NCBI GenBank assembly: GCA_016936575.1
Contig: JAFGXQ010000045.1
Coordinates: 70,664-134,663, forward strand
From: Deltaproteobacteria bacterium
Lineage (GTDB): Bacteria; Myxococcota_A; Polyangia; JAAYKL01
Direction of reading: 5' to 3'
Length of the DNA: 64,000 nucleotides
The notes under the pieces were generated by a model. That model was not told the DNA's origin. It did not search any database and saw nothing but the letters and a program-made list of their open reading frames with translations. Shown one piece after another: positions 47,202 through 55,604 of the stretch (position 1 is its first letter; each line of letters opens with the position of its first letter). Made by a program: the position numbers and the translations under genes.

Positions 47202-49652
47202 CTATTTGATACCCAGTCGAATCTCCTGTATCGCACTTTTCAACATGGCCCGCTCCTGTGACGTGGCCGCAGTCATCAGCGCATGTTCCAACACCGGCAA
47301 CGAGGCTGTCGAATCTCGTTGAACCAGTCCGGAAATCGCTAAAAACCGCACATGCATATTTCTATCATTAATAATTCGTGTCTCCAGCGCAACACGCGCG
47401 CGATCGTCCATAATCGGAATCAATTCCTTCACCGCCTTATATCGGACCGTCGCACTTTTCGAATTTGTATAAAAAACCAAATCCTCGACGGTGGTTTTCG
47501 CAACCGACATCGGCACAGTGTATGTGCTTTCCTCTGCGCCCGCGACGCCCGGTTGTGCCTCCGCGCCCGCATGTTGCGACTGTTTCACCGTGGACTTTTC
47601 ACTTATGCGTTCAGCCTGTGTAGCTGCCAATCGTTCCTGCTCAGCAGCGGCACGTTCCTCCCGCTCTCGGCGTTTGGCTTCTTGGGCTTCTTCTCGGGCG
47701 AGGCGCTTGGCCTCCTCAGCCTCTTCACGTGCGATTCGCTTGGCTTCTATCTCTTCTTCCTTTTTCAGCCGCGCCAACTCTTTCTCTCTCTCCCGCTCCT
47801 GACGCGCCAGTTCCTGCTCCGCTTTCTTACGTTCTTTTTCTGCACGGCGCTCTTCCTCTTCGGCTTTCCGTTTCTCTATGGCCGCACGCTTTTGTTCCTC
47901 GCGTTCAAGCCGCTTCTGCTCCGCGAGCGCTTTTTTCTCTTCAGCTTTTCTTCTGGCGTCTTCAGCCTTCTGACGTTTTTCCTCTTCCCGCTGTGCTTTC
48001 AATTCCGCCAGGCGTTGTTTTTCTGCTTCCTTCTTCGCCAGTGCCGCCAGCCGCTGTTCTTCTTTCAGTCGTTCCCTCGCCTCTTGGGCCTTCTGTCTCT
48101 CTGCGGCAGCAACCGCTCGCTCCTCTTCAGCCTTTTTATGTGCGTCTTCGGCAGCGATGCGTTGTTCCTCTTCCAGTCGCTCTTTTTCAGCCAGTTTTTT
48201 GGCTTTGTCCGCCCTTCGCGCGGCTTCCGTCTCTTTCCTTCTGGCTTCTTCCTCTTGTCGCTGCATTTCTTTTTCGCGCGCCGCCGCTTCCGTTGCCAAT
48301 CGGCGCTCTTCAGCTTTCTGTTTTAACTCTTCTTCGCGTTTCGCGTTCGCCTCATCTCGTTTTCGCTTTTCTTCTTCACGCTTCGCTGCGAGCGCCGCTT
48401 TGCGTTCTTCGTCTTCACGCCGCTTTTCTTCAAGCGCGGCCTGTCTTTGTGCGTCCTGTTCCTTTTTTAATGCAAGCTTACGTTCCTTCGCCTCCTCGAC
48501 TTTCCGCATTGCCTCTTCCTGAGCAAAACGTTTCTTTTCAGCACGTTCCTTCTTGGCGGCTTCCAACGCAGCACGCTTTTCTGCAAGTTCCTGTTTTCGT
48601 TTTTCCGCAGCGGCTTCACGCGCCGCAGCGCGCTCTTGACGTTCCGCCTCCCTAGCGAGTTTTCGCTCTTCAGCTTCCTTCTCGCGCTGCTCTTTTTCCA
48701 ACCGTCGTTTTTCAGCTGCCTCGAACGCCGCCTGTTCTTTTTCAGCCTTTTTCTTTTCGGCCTCGGTCATCTCCACCGCAACAGGCTCTTCGATTTGCCC
48801 CGTGTCCGCTTCTGCAACTTTTTGTCCCTCATCCGTCTCGTTCTCCGACGTCCCGTTTTGTTTCGCTTCCTGCTCCTCCTTCATCGAAGGAGGTAGTTCA
48901 TCGGCTTCCTCTTCTCCCCTTCGCTCCGCAAAAATTTCGTCGGCAAGACTCTTATCGGTAACAACATCTTCACCTTTTAAAATAGATTTAATCCGATCTG
49001 TCTCCGCAACGATTCGATACGCCATATCACGGGTGATCTCAGTACCGCCGACGGCCATATATTCCTTGTATTTTTTATACGCCCAATCCCACTGTTTCGC
49101 CTTTGACGCACAAAGCGCCGACTCCAATAACAACGTATAATCCTGATTGTACTGATAGGCTGTATCGTAACTCTTGTACGCGGTTACATAGTCTTCTATT
49201 TCAATGGCTTCTTCCGCTTCAATCACCGCCACCGTTGAGCGAAGCCACTGGCCCGCCACGCTTGCGCCGACGACATCTCCGTCAGCGGCATCAATTCGTT
49301 CGATTTCCCCGCGCAGCGATTCAGTCTGCGTCTTGTCCAGCTTCTTGGAATCCACCAATGCCTGGTACCGCTTTCTGGCTTCTTTGTAGTCTTTGGCTAA
49401 AAACGCAAAATGAGCCAATGCGATTTCATACTTGATGAGAGGCTCTTTCTGACTGGCCGCGGTTACTTCAGCGACCGCACCGTCAAAGTCACGCGCCTGC
49501 GCCTTCTCGAGCCCCAAACGCCAATGGGCAGTTGCGGACATTGTGGAGTCCACCGATTGAACCGGAACATTCTGTTTGGAGCATCCCCATACGAAGAAAC
49601 ATACACACACAACAAATATCAACCGTACATTTGATTTCTCGCGCAATCCCAT
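47202..49652 (-). CDS. Lipoprotein with N-terminal TPR-like region, a ~430-aa E/K/R/A-rich helical (TolA-like / single-alpha-helix) spacer and C-terminal HEAT-like repeats
   Basis: From track ORF 47202..49667 (GTG start). The ATG at 49652 is 6 nt after AAGGAG. Lipobox FFVWGC. The central region is runs of EEKRKAEE / RLEKEQREKE. The C-terminus is VRYKAVKELIPIMDDRARVALETRIINDRNMHVRFLAISGL. Confidence 0.5.
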   Translation of the reverse strand: MGLREKSNVRLIFVVCVCFFVWGCSKQNVPVQSVDSTMSATAHWRLGLEKAQARDFDGAVAEVTAASQKEPLIKYEIALAHFAFLAKDYKEARKRYQALVDSKKLDKTQTESLRGEIERIDAADGDVVGASVAGQWLRSTVAVIEAEEAIEIEDYVTAYKSYDTAYQYNQDYTLLLESALCASKAKQWDWAYKKYKEYMAVGGTEITRDMAYRIVAETDRIKSILKGEDVVTDKSLADEIFAERRGEEEADELPPSMKEEQEAKQNGTSENETDEGQKVAEADTGQIEEPVAVEMTEAEKKKAEKEQAAFEAAEKRRLEKEQREKEAEERKLAREAERQERAAAREAAAEKRKQELAEKRAALEAAKKERAEKKRFAQEEAMRKVEEAKERKLALKKEQDAQRQAALEEKRREDEERKAALAAKREEEKRKRDEANAKREEELKQKAEERRLATEAAAREKEMQRQEEEARRKETEAARRADKAKKLAEKERLEEEQRIAAEDAHKKAEEERAVAAAERQKAQEARERLKEEQRLAALAKKEAEKQRLAELKAQREEEKRQKAEDARRKAEEKKALAEQKRLEREEQKRAAIEKRKAEEEERRAEKERKKAEQELARQEREREKELARLKKEEEIEAKRIAREEAEEAKRLAREEAQEAKRREREERAAAEQERLAATQAERISEKSTVKQSQHAGAEAQPGVAGAEESTYTVPMSVAKTTVEDLVFYTNSKSATVRYKAVKELIPIMDDRARVALETRIINDRNMHVRFLAISGLVQRDSTASLPVLEHALMTAATSQERAMLKSAIQEIRLGIK

Positions 49653-49757
49653 TTTGGACTCCTTCACATACTAAAAACGATTTAATGAATCTTAGTATAG
49701 CACAACACCCAGCGCACCCCAACGCGGGAGAACGCAAAGCACGACACTTTTTTCATT

Positions 49758-50111
49758 CTACTTTGAAAGGTAATCCTGAAGGGCCCGGAACTGCGCTTCC
49801 AGCTCTCCCACCAGCTCAGACACAATACCCAATTCGCCATTCTTTCCAGCCTTTTCAATTTCGTAGGCAATTTGACGCATTCGCAACGCGGACACGTTGC
49901 TAGACGCCCCTTTGATAGTGTGCCCCTGGCGCACAATCTGGTCCTGATCACCACTGGACTGCGCATGTTTCAATGTTTCAATCTGATGAGGTGTATCCTC
50001 GAGATATACACTGACCACTTCGCTCACCAATTCCTCGTCATCACACAACCGCGAAAGAAGCGCTTCCTTGTCAAAAATTTTTGTATCGGTAATATTTGTC
50101 ATTTCTATCAT
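49758..50111 (-). CDS. Histidine phosphotransfer (Hpt) domain protein
   Basis: From track ORF 49758..50195. The ATG at 50111 follows GGGGGG. It has the Hpt signature QGHTIKGASSNVSALRMRQIAYEIE. Confidence 0.75.
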   Translation of the reverse strand: MIEMTNITDTKIFDKEALLSRLCDDEELVSEVVSVYLEDTPHQIETLKHAQSSGDQDQIVRQGHTIKGASSNVSALRMRQIAYEIEKAGKNGELGIVSELVGELEAQFRALQDYLSK

Positions 50112-50252
50112 TTTTCCCCCCAAGTGAACGACGAATGTACAAATTTTCAACACCGGTTCACCGTATAAAGATACTATCGCCCTGCTGTAATGCAAGCCCT
50201 GAACCCACAGGGGAATCGGTCAAAACAGCTGATATCGATACAATCTCAATAG

Positions 50253-52121
50253 TTACTGCATGTTAGCGTGTACCGTCGAATCCATGACCGGTTCTAATTG
50301 ATAGTCGAACAACACCGGTTTTCTTCCGTCGCTCTTGATGGTTTCGCTGACTGTCGCCAAAATCGCCTGGTGCGACTCTGTTGCTTTCCCCGAGTCAATC
50401 AGTGCCGCAACCTCAGATACCCGAGCACCGTAAATGGATGTCAACAGCACCTGCAGATAGGATTGTACCGAATTGAAAAACGGTACCGGATAAAACGCCA
50501 GTTGTTTGGCTTGGGCATTATAAACCATCCCGTGTCCGGCGAAACCGATTTCGAGTAACTTCTTGCATACCTGCTGTTCCTCCTTATTCGATGAAGCTGT
50601 GCCGCTTAGCCACCGCGCTGCCAATGCAATCCCCCGTTCTGAGACTCCCGCATCATCAATTCGTCCCATCTCCCGCTCCATAGACACAATCCATGCCGTC
50701 GTCACCTGCACAAGAATCGAAATCAACTGCGACCATTGCTTTCGATACAACTGTTTCAAACCAATCTGCTTGCCATTCTCTGTGTCAATCACTGTCCACT
50801 CCGCAGGCAACAGTGATGATGCCAGCTCTTGCGACACTCGATTCAACAGCGCCGAATCCACACTCAGCACCACTAGGGGCATCACCGTATTCAGGGAACG
50901 GGCATCCTCCTCCAACTGTGCACTAAAACGGTTCAAATCAACAATGACCTTTTCAGCAGGCAGATGCCCCACAGAGTGAATATGCCGAACAGCCGACAAG
51001 TCGCTGAAGCGAGCATGCCCCGCCGCAATCCAAGTATCTCGAACTTCAATCGACGGAATCATCGGTTTTCCCTTGTTCAGTGGCATATTTTCCGAATGCA
51101 TCGCAGTCAGCGAATCGTACAGCTCCTCGTAATGTGCCGTAAACCAATCGGTGAATTCATTCGCGGGAAGATACGGTCTGGCCAGTTGAAACTCAAACGC
51201 TTGCTTCACACCGTAGACATCAAGATCCGTCTCGAACGCACCGAAAAGAATCCGCCACGGACCGGCCTTCCCGTCCAACACCCGCTGGTCAATACCGAAC
51301 GTGTCGATATTTCCCTCCCCGGTAATTTGAGAAAGAACCGACAGAAGTTCTCGATCCGTTCGCGCAACCATAGACGCCGCATCTGAAAAAAGCCGTGACA
51401 ACGCTGCGAAGAATTCCTTGAATCTAGGATGTGCAACGTATGAAGAAACCGTCAGTCTGCCGTTGTCTCGTTCAACCAATCCGAACGGGCTGAGCAGCTC
51501 CTTTGAATTGATCAGAGTAGACAGGTTTTCAAATTCCCGCGACGTGAAGTCCATGGGCCAAAATATCGTCCCGGTATTTCGGGGTGGAATCGAGGCGACA
51601 GCATTGCATTGAAGCGCTTTAGAGAACCGACACCATGGCCCGGCATATCGATCAAATATCGCCCGCTCTACCGGTTCACCGGATTTCCGCAGTTGTTCTT
51701 CCCATATCAGATTGGAACTGTTTACCTGAAGTTTATAGATGTCGTCCACTACCTTTGCCGCCTGCTGCATGACCTGCAACAGCGGTTGCGCGGACGCAAC
51801 TGTCTCGAGAGAATGTGTGATGGTGCGAACATCCGCCGATTCAAGTTCGTGCTGCAGCATTTGAAAGCGCTCCCGGGACTGCTCAGTATCCAGGGCTATA
51901 TTCTCTCGCGCAGAATCAATATTTTTTTTTGTTGAAGGCGACGCTTGAAACAAAGTGTCATCCTCAACCAAACGACGCGGTTCCGTTTTTCCCGGCACCG
52001 CATCGGGAATTCTCTCCTCTGCGAAAAAATTGCAGCTGCTCAACGCAACAACAATAAGCAATGAAAAAAACAAGAGCGCGTTCGATTTCAATCGGCCTGG
52101 ATACATCATCTTGGACAGCAT
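50253..52121 (-). CDS. Hypothetical lipoprotein (~620 aa), function unknown
   Basis: From track ORF 50253..52208, with the likely start at one of the ATGs at 52121/52109/52106. Lipobox VALSSC. It has a faint resemblance to peptidase M49/DPP3-like proteins (GTIFWPMDFTSREFE), but I saw no HExxGH motif. Confidence 0.35.
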   Translation of the reverse strand: MLSKMMYPGRLKSNALLFFSLLIVVALSSCNFFAEERIPDAVPGKTEPRRLVEDDTLFQASPSTKKNIDSARENIALDTEQSRERFQMLQHELESADVRTITHSLETVASAQPLLQVMQQAAKVVDDIYKLQVNSSNLIWEEQLRKSGEPVERAIFDRYAGPWCRFSKALQCNAVASIPPRNTGTIFWPMDFTSREFENLSTLINSKELLSPFGLVERDNGRLTVSSYVAHPRFKEFFAALSRLFSDAASMVARTDRELLSVLSQITGEGNIDTFGIDQRVLDGKAGPWRILFGAFETDLDVYGVKQAFEFQLARPYLPANEFTDWFTAHYEELYDSLTAMHSENMPLNKGKPMIPSIEVRDTWIAAGHARFSDLSAVRHIHSVGHLPAEKVIVDLNRFSAQLEEDARSLNTVMPLVVLSVDSALLNRVSQELASSLLPAEWTVIDTENGKQIGLKQLYRKQWSQLISILVQVTTAWIVSMEREMGRIDDAGVSERGIALAARWLSGTASSNKEEQQVCKKLLEIGFAGHGMVYNAQAKQLAFYPVPFFNSVQSYLQVLLTSIYGARVSEVAALIDSGKATESHQAILATVSETIKSDGRKPVLFDYQLEPVMDSTVHANMQ

Positions 52122-52394
52122 GACAAACTTGAGAATAAAAAACAAAAAAAGGGAGTGCGAATCACCAACGCAAACCAAAGTGAACCGCACTCCCGGAACT
52201 GGGCACATCGCGTAGGATAAAGGAGGAGACCACGCGATACATAAAATATAGCACCCCCGATTTCACTTGCCAGCGGCTCCCTGGCGTTTTGTATTCGCTC
52301 CCGCTTTTTCATCGTGTAGGTAACGAAAATGTCAACATAATTCAGAAAACAGAAAATAATCCAGGCGTAATACACGACCGCCTGCAGGTATGCG

Positions 52395-53150
52395 CTAAAG
52401 CAAAAACGGTATGACCGCTTTGCGTTCAGCGGGGTATTCGGGGAATGTATTTTTGTACCACTTATGATTGGAGATTGCGCGAGGGATCAGGTTCGCTGCG
52501 GTGAACACGGCGAATGCCGCACCCGCCGGGCTCCAGGTAAGAATGGCGAAGCCGCACCATTCCACCAACTCTCCGAAATACGCAGGCATCGAAACGAATC
52601 GAAACAATCCGCCGTAAGGTATTTTGTAGCCGGACTCTCCCGGCGCACGTAGCCGAATCAGAATATTGTCGCTCTGACGATTGATGAACATCCCAACAAA
52701 AAAAATTGCCGTGCCGACTATAAACGGAATACTGTACAGCCAACTGATGTCACGTACCGGCCCCACAAAAAAAAGCCACGCACCGTTCAGAAATCCATTC
52801 CATACATTAAAAAACATGGCCATCGCCACGACGGAAACCGGCATCTTTCGGTTGTTTCCTTTTCGCTTAAACGGAAACACGTAGGTGCGATACATATAAT
52901 GCGTTTGCCAAATCAGCAAACAAACCACCACCGTCACATTGTTGAGCCTATCGCTGAACAGATACATCAGCGTGATGGTCAGCACCGCCGGCGACTCCAT
53001 GACCACCCACCCCACCGTGCTTGAAATCAGCGGTCCCCACCCGTTTCTCGAAAACCTCCCATACGGTGCGGTGACAAACCGCAGCATGATTGCCACCAAT
53101 GCCGCAATACCCAGCAGCGACCACAACAAGACCGTGAACAGCTGTTCCAT
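52395..53150 (-). CDS. Steroid 5-alpha-reductase family (3-oxo-5-alpha-steroid 4-dehydrogenase-like) membrane protein
   Basis: From track ORF 52395..53207. The ATG at 53150 is preceded by AAAGGA and lies 4 nt after the SDR stop. It is polytopic, with the C-terminal signature FRFVSMPAYFGELVEWCGFAILTWS...NHKWYKNTFPEYPAERKAVIPFLL. Confidence 0.75.
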   Translation of the reverse strand: MEQLFTVLLWSLLGIAALVAIMLRFVTAPYGRFSRNGWGPLISSTVGWVVMESPAVLTITLMYLFSDRLNNVTVVVCLLIWQTHYMYRTYVFPFKRKGNNRKMPVSVVAMAMFFNVWNGFLNGAWLFFVGPVRDISWLYSIPFIVGTAIFFVGMFINRQSDNILIRLRAPGESGYKIPYGGLFRFVSMPAYFGELVEWCGFAILTWSPAGAAFAVFTAANLIPRAISNHKWYKNTFPEYPAERKAVIPFLL

Positions 53151-53154
53151 CAAG

Positions 53155-54135
53155 TTATCCTTTCTGCGACCGATGCCACGCCACCGTATCGGCAATCGTC
53201 TCTTCAAACGCCCTCGGCGTGATTCCTAACATCGTTTTCATTTTGTCGCTAGACAGGTTACCGTGCGTATGCAATGCGCGAACGGACTCCCGGGTAAAAA
53301 CCGGCGTTCTGCCCATCAGATTCGCAAAACCTTCATAAACCGGCGCAGTGAGGCGTGCCAGCCACAATGGACACACAAACCACGGCACCGGCACTTGGGA
53401 AACGGCGCAAACCGCAGCGGCAAATTGCGACACACTGCGATAATGCCCTCCGACAATAAATACACTTCCGGTTTCAGCCACATCGACCGCACGAAGCATT
53501 ACCCGCGCAACGTCGCGGACATCCACCCAGTTGGAACCGCCTGCAACCAACGCTCCCATACGACGTGACATCAACTGCCGGACCACACCTCCGAGCGACG
53601 ATGGCTTGTGATCTGACGGCCCCACAACTCCGGTCGGACACACCACCACTGCATGCGTCCCCTCTGATGCGGCCTGCAGGATGATTTTCTGAGCCGCCGC
53701 TTTGCTGCGATCGTACATGGGAGCACGGGAATCTGAGACGAGCGGAGACAACTCATTCAACACCTCATCCTGAGTGTCTGCGAACGCGTGAATCGTGCTG
53801 CAATAAACCAGCTTCAGCTGTTTATGCGATCGGCACGCATCCACCACGGTCCGGGTTCCCTCCACATTCACCCGCCACATCCGCGCTGTGTCATTTTCCT
53901 GTAGAGGTAACACGCCCGCCAAATGAAACACGGCGTCGGAACCGGAAAATGCCTCGATTAGAAAATCAACGTCCAGAATGTCTCCATATTTCACCTGAAT
54001 GGGCAATGCAGATACATACGGTGTTTCTTTGCGCAACAGGGCGACGACTTCCCAATTGTTATCGAGTAAATGCCGAATCAGATTGATTCCGATATGGCCG
54101 GCCGCACCGGTGACTACCGCTTTCATGCCTGCCAT
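53155..54135 (-). CDS. Extended short-chain dehydrogenase/reductase (NAD-dependent epimerase / 3-beta-HSD / HpnA-like)
   Basis: MKAVVTGAAGHIGINLIRHLL (Rossmann TGxxGxxG) and catalytic YDRSK. About 325 aa. Confidence 0.75.
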   Translation of the reverse strand: MAGMKAVVTGAAGHIGINLIRHLLDNNWEVVALLRKETPYVSALPIQVKYGDILDVDFLIEAFSGSDAVFHLAGVLPLQENDTARMWRVNVEGTRTVVDACRSHKQLKLVYCSTIHAFADTQDEVLNELSPLVSDSRAPMYDRSKAAAQKIILQAASEGTHAVVVCPTGVVGPSDHKPSSLGGVVRQLMSRRMGALVAGGSNWVDVRDVARVMLRAVDVAETGSVFIVGGHYRSVSQFAAAVCAVSQVPVPWFVCPLWLARLTAPVYEGFANLMGRTPVFTRESVRALHTHGNLSSDKMKTMLGITPRAFEETIADTVAWHRSQKG

Positions 54136-54161
54136 TGTAGAGGGAAACCCGATAAGAGGGC

Positions 54162-54340
54162 AAAAAAAAATCCTCCAAAGTGCCGTAGGTTAAGCGGTGA
54201 CCCGCTGACGCTGCAAGTGGGTTCCATATCGCTGCTTAAGGCTTCCAATCGAATGGCTTGCACACCGCAACGAGAGCTGAATCCCTATTTTCTGGTACAG
54301 CTGGGTCACATATCGCAGCGTTACGTACACTTCAGAGGAC
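54162..54340 (-). ncRNA. Candidate ~180-nt structured leader RNA / attenuator ending in U9, 26 nt upstream of the SDR start codon
   Basis: On the minus strand, UCCUCUGAAGUG (54339->54328) pairs with CACUUUGGAGGA (54182->54171). That is 12 contiguous pairs including 2 G.U, which would be A.C mismatches on the plus strand. Nested helices are CGUA/UACG, GCG/CGC, GUGACCC/GGGUCAC, GCUG/CAGC, GGG/CCC and CGUUGC/GCAGCG, with apical CCA-UUCGAU-UGG. Nine U follow. No family assigned. Confidence 0.35.
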
Positions 54341-54369
54341 TCACACTATAAATTTGGCCACAGAATCGG

Positions 54370-54387
54370 TTTTGCGCAAGCGCAAAA
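54370..54387. promoter_or_regulatory. Perfect 8+8 inverted repeat TTTTGCGC-AA-GCGCAAAA in the divergent intergenic region; candidate operator
   Basis: Read directly at 54370-54387. It lies about 30 nt upstream (in minus-strand sense) of the structured leader and 44 nt upstream of the plus-strand ATG at 54431. Confidence 0.35.
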
Positions 54388-54430
54388 AAGACTCATTTTT
54401 TTTCGGTGCCAAGTAGTATCGGAACCTTGA

Positions 54431-54922
54431 ATGCTGTACATATTTGAATGTTTTGATAAAAGGCGGATCATGGAACGAAAACAGCACATTCATTTAGAAC
54501 GAAATTATTTAATCGCCAGCGCCGCAGCCATCTTCACGGCATTCTTATGTATCAATCTTTATCCGGACTATCACGGCGGCCCGCAAATCGGCCGGTCCGG
54601 ATTGCTGGCACTTTCGGCTGCGATGATTGCAATGATGATCTATATTGTACACAAAGCATTAACCGATAAAAAAAATAGCGAAGAACAGAAAAACGAGGAA
54701 CCGGTCAGCGATCCGGCGCGACTTAAAAAGATGTTCTTCCTTTGGTCGGGGTTCACTGTCTTGCTCAGTGCTTCCCTAGTACGTTATCCTATATATTTTT
54801 ATATTAAAGAGAACCAACCATTCGATACCCAAGGCATCGTCAGCCTTGTGCTCGGCGTCGTGCTGACTATCGGAACCGTGCTCCACGTTGCTATTCGTGT
54901 GAAACAGTACCGAAAACTTTGA
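54431..54922 (+). CDS. Small 4-TM membrane protein, unknown function
   Basis: 163 aa with four hydrophobic helices and a central charged loop KKNSEEQKNEEPVSDPARLKK. Confidence 0.45.
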   Translation: MLYIFECFDKRRIMERKQHIHLERNYLIASAAAIFTAFLCINLYPDYHGGPQIGRSGLLALSAAMIAMMIYIVHKALTDKKNSEEQKNEEPVSDPARLKKMFFLWSGFTVLLSASLVRYPIYFYIKENQPFDTQGIVSLVLGVVLTIGTVLHVAIRVKQYRKL

Positions 54923-54966
54923 CCCCGCTGCAAAATCACCTTACCAGCGGTATCCGTTGACACCCG

Positions 54967-55479
54967 GTGAAGAATCACTACCATTGCCCCATGTCAAGCG
55001 ACTCATCACCATCTCCTGAGCAGGCCATTTTACCAGATATCAGATTGTCTATTTGCCACACGGCGCTGGCCGGCGGTTTTCTGCTGCTGAATATTCAAAA
55101 CCCCTACAAACTGGAAAACATCATGTACCTCATCATCATGAGCGCCATGCCCATCGTGGCGGTCATCAGTTGGTACTTTTTCGTCAAACGGCTTCAAGTG
55201 TGGAAAAAAATTCCACCGGAGATACGAAACCGGATTACCCGTACGCCGGCGGCACTGAAAAACCGGGCGTTCTCTCACATGCTCATGTCTCTGCTGGCCG
55301 CATCGCTGACAGCGCTCGGGTACATCGGTCACCTCATCAGTCCCCTGCAGGAACAGTACAACAAAGTTATCGAAATCATTGTGCTGTCTCTCGATGGGCT
55401 CATCGGTGTGGTTGCGATTGCCGTGCTTGCGCGAACGGTGCGCGATTTGTTCACCTTCTTCGCTGCCCAACGTTCATAA
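54967..55479 (+). CDS. Small 4-TM membrane protein, distant paralog of the preceding gene
   Basis: 170 aa (GTG at 54967, or ATG at 54991). It has the same helix/loop layout and its loop PPEIRNRITRTPAALKNR is in the equivalent position. Confidence 0.45.
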   Translation: MKNHYHCPMSSDSSPSPEQAILPDIRLSICHTALAGGFLLLNIQNPYKLENIMYLIIMSAMPIVAVISWYFFVKRLQVWKKIPPEIRNRITRTPAALKNRAFSHMLMSLLAASLTALGYIGHLISPLQEQYNKVIEIIVLSLDGLIGVVAIAVLARTVRDLFTFFAAQRS

Positions 55480-55604
55480 CCCCATTTTTCCATTTTTTTT
55501 GTTTTCACCTCCGAATCTTCTACTCTCTGCTGTAGAGGCAAACATTCGAAATCGACTACAGAGGCAAAAAGCAGACGATTTCAATTAGTCCCGGGAGGAA
55601 AACA

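Noticed and set aside
47352-48896. Plus-strand ORFs (47352..48326, 47729..48655, 48157..48522, 48636..48896) rich in F/L/S/R
   Set aside because: They are antisense to the E/K/R/A-rich region of the 816-aa lipoprotein. GAA/AAG-rich codons read as TTC/CTT on the other strand and stay open by composition alone.
54162-54340. Identification of the structured leader as 6S RNA, SRP RNA or another housekeeping RNA
   Set aside because: A rod-like fold with paired ends recalls 6S RNA. However, I could not find a large two-sided central bubble or the SRP GGAA/AGCAGC domain IV arrangement. I kept it as an unclassified candidate instead.
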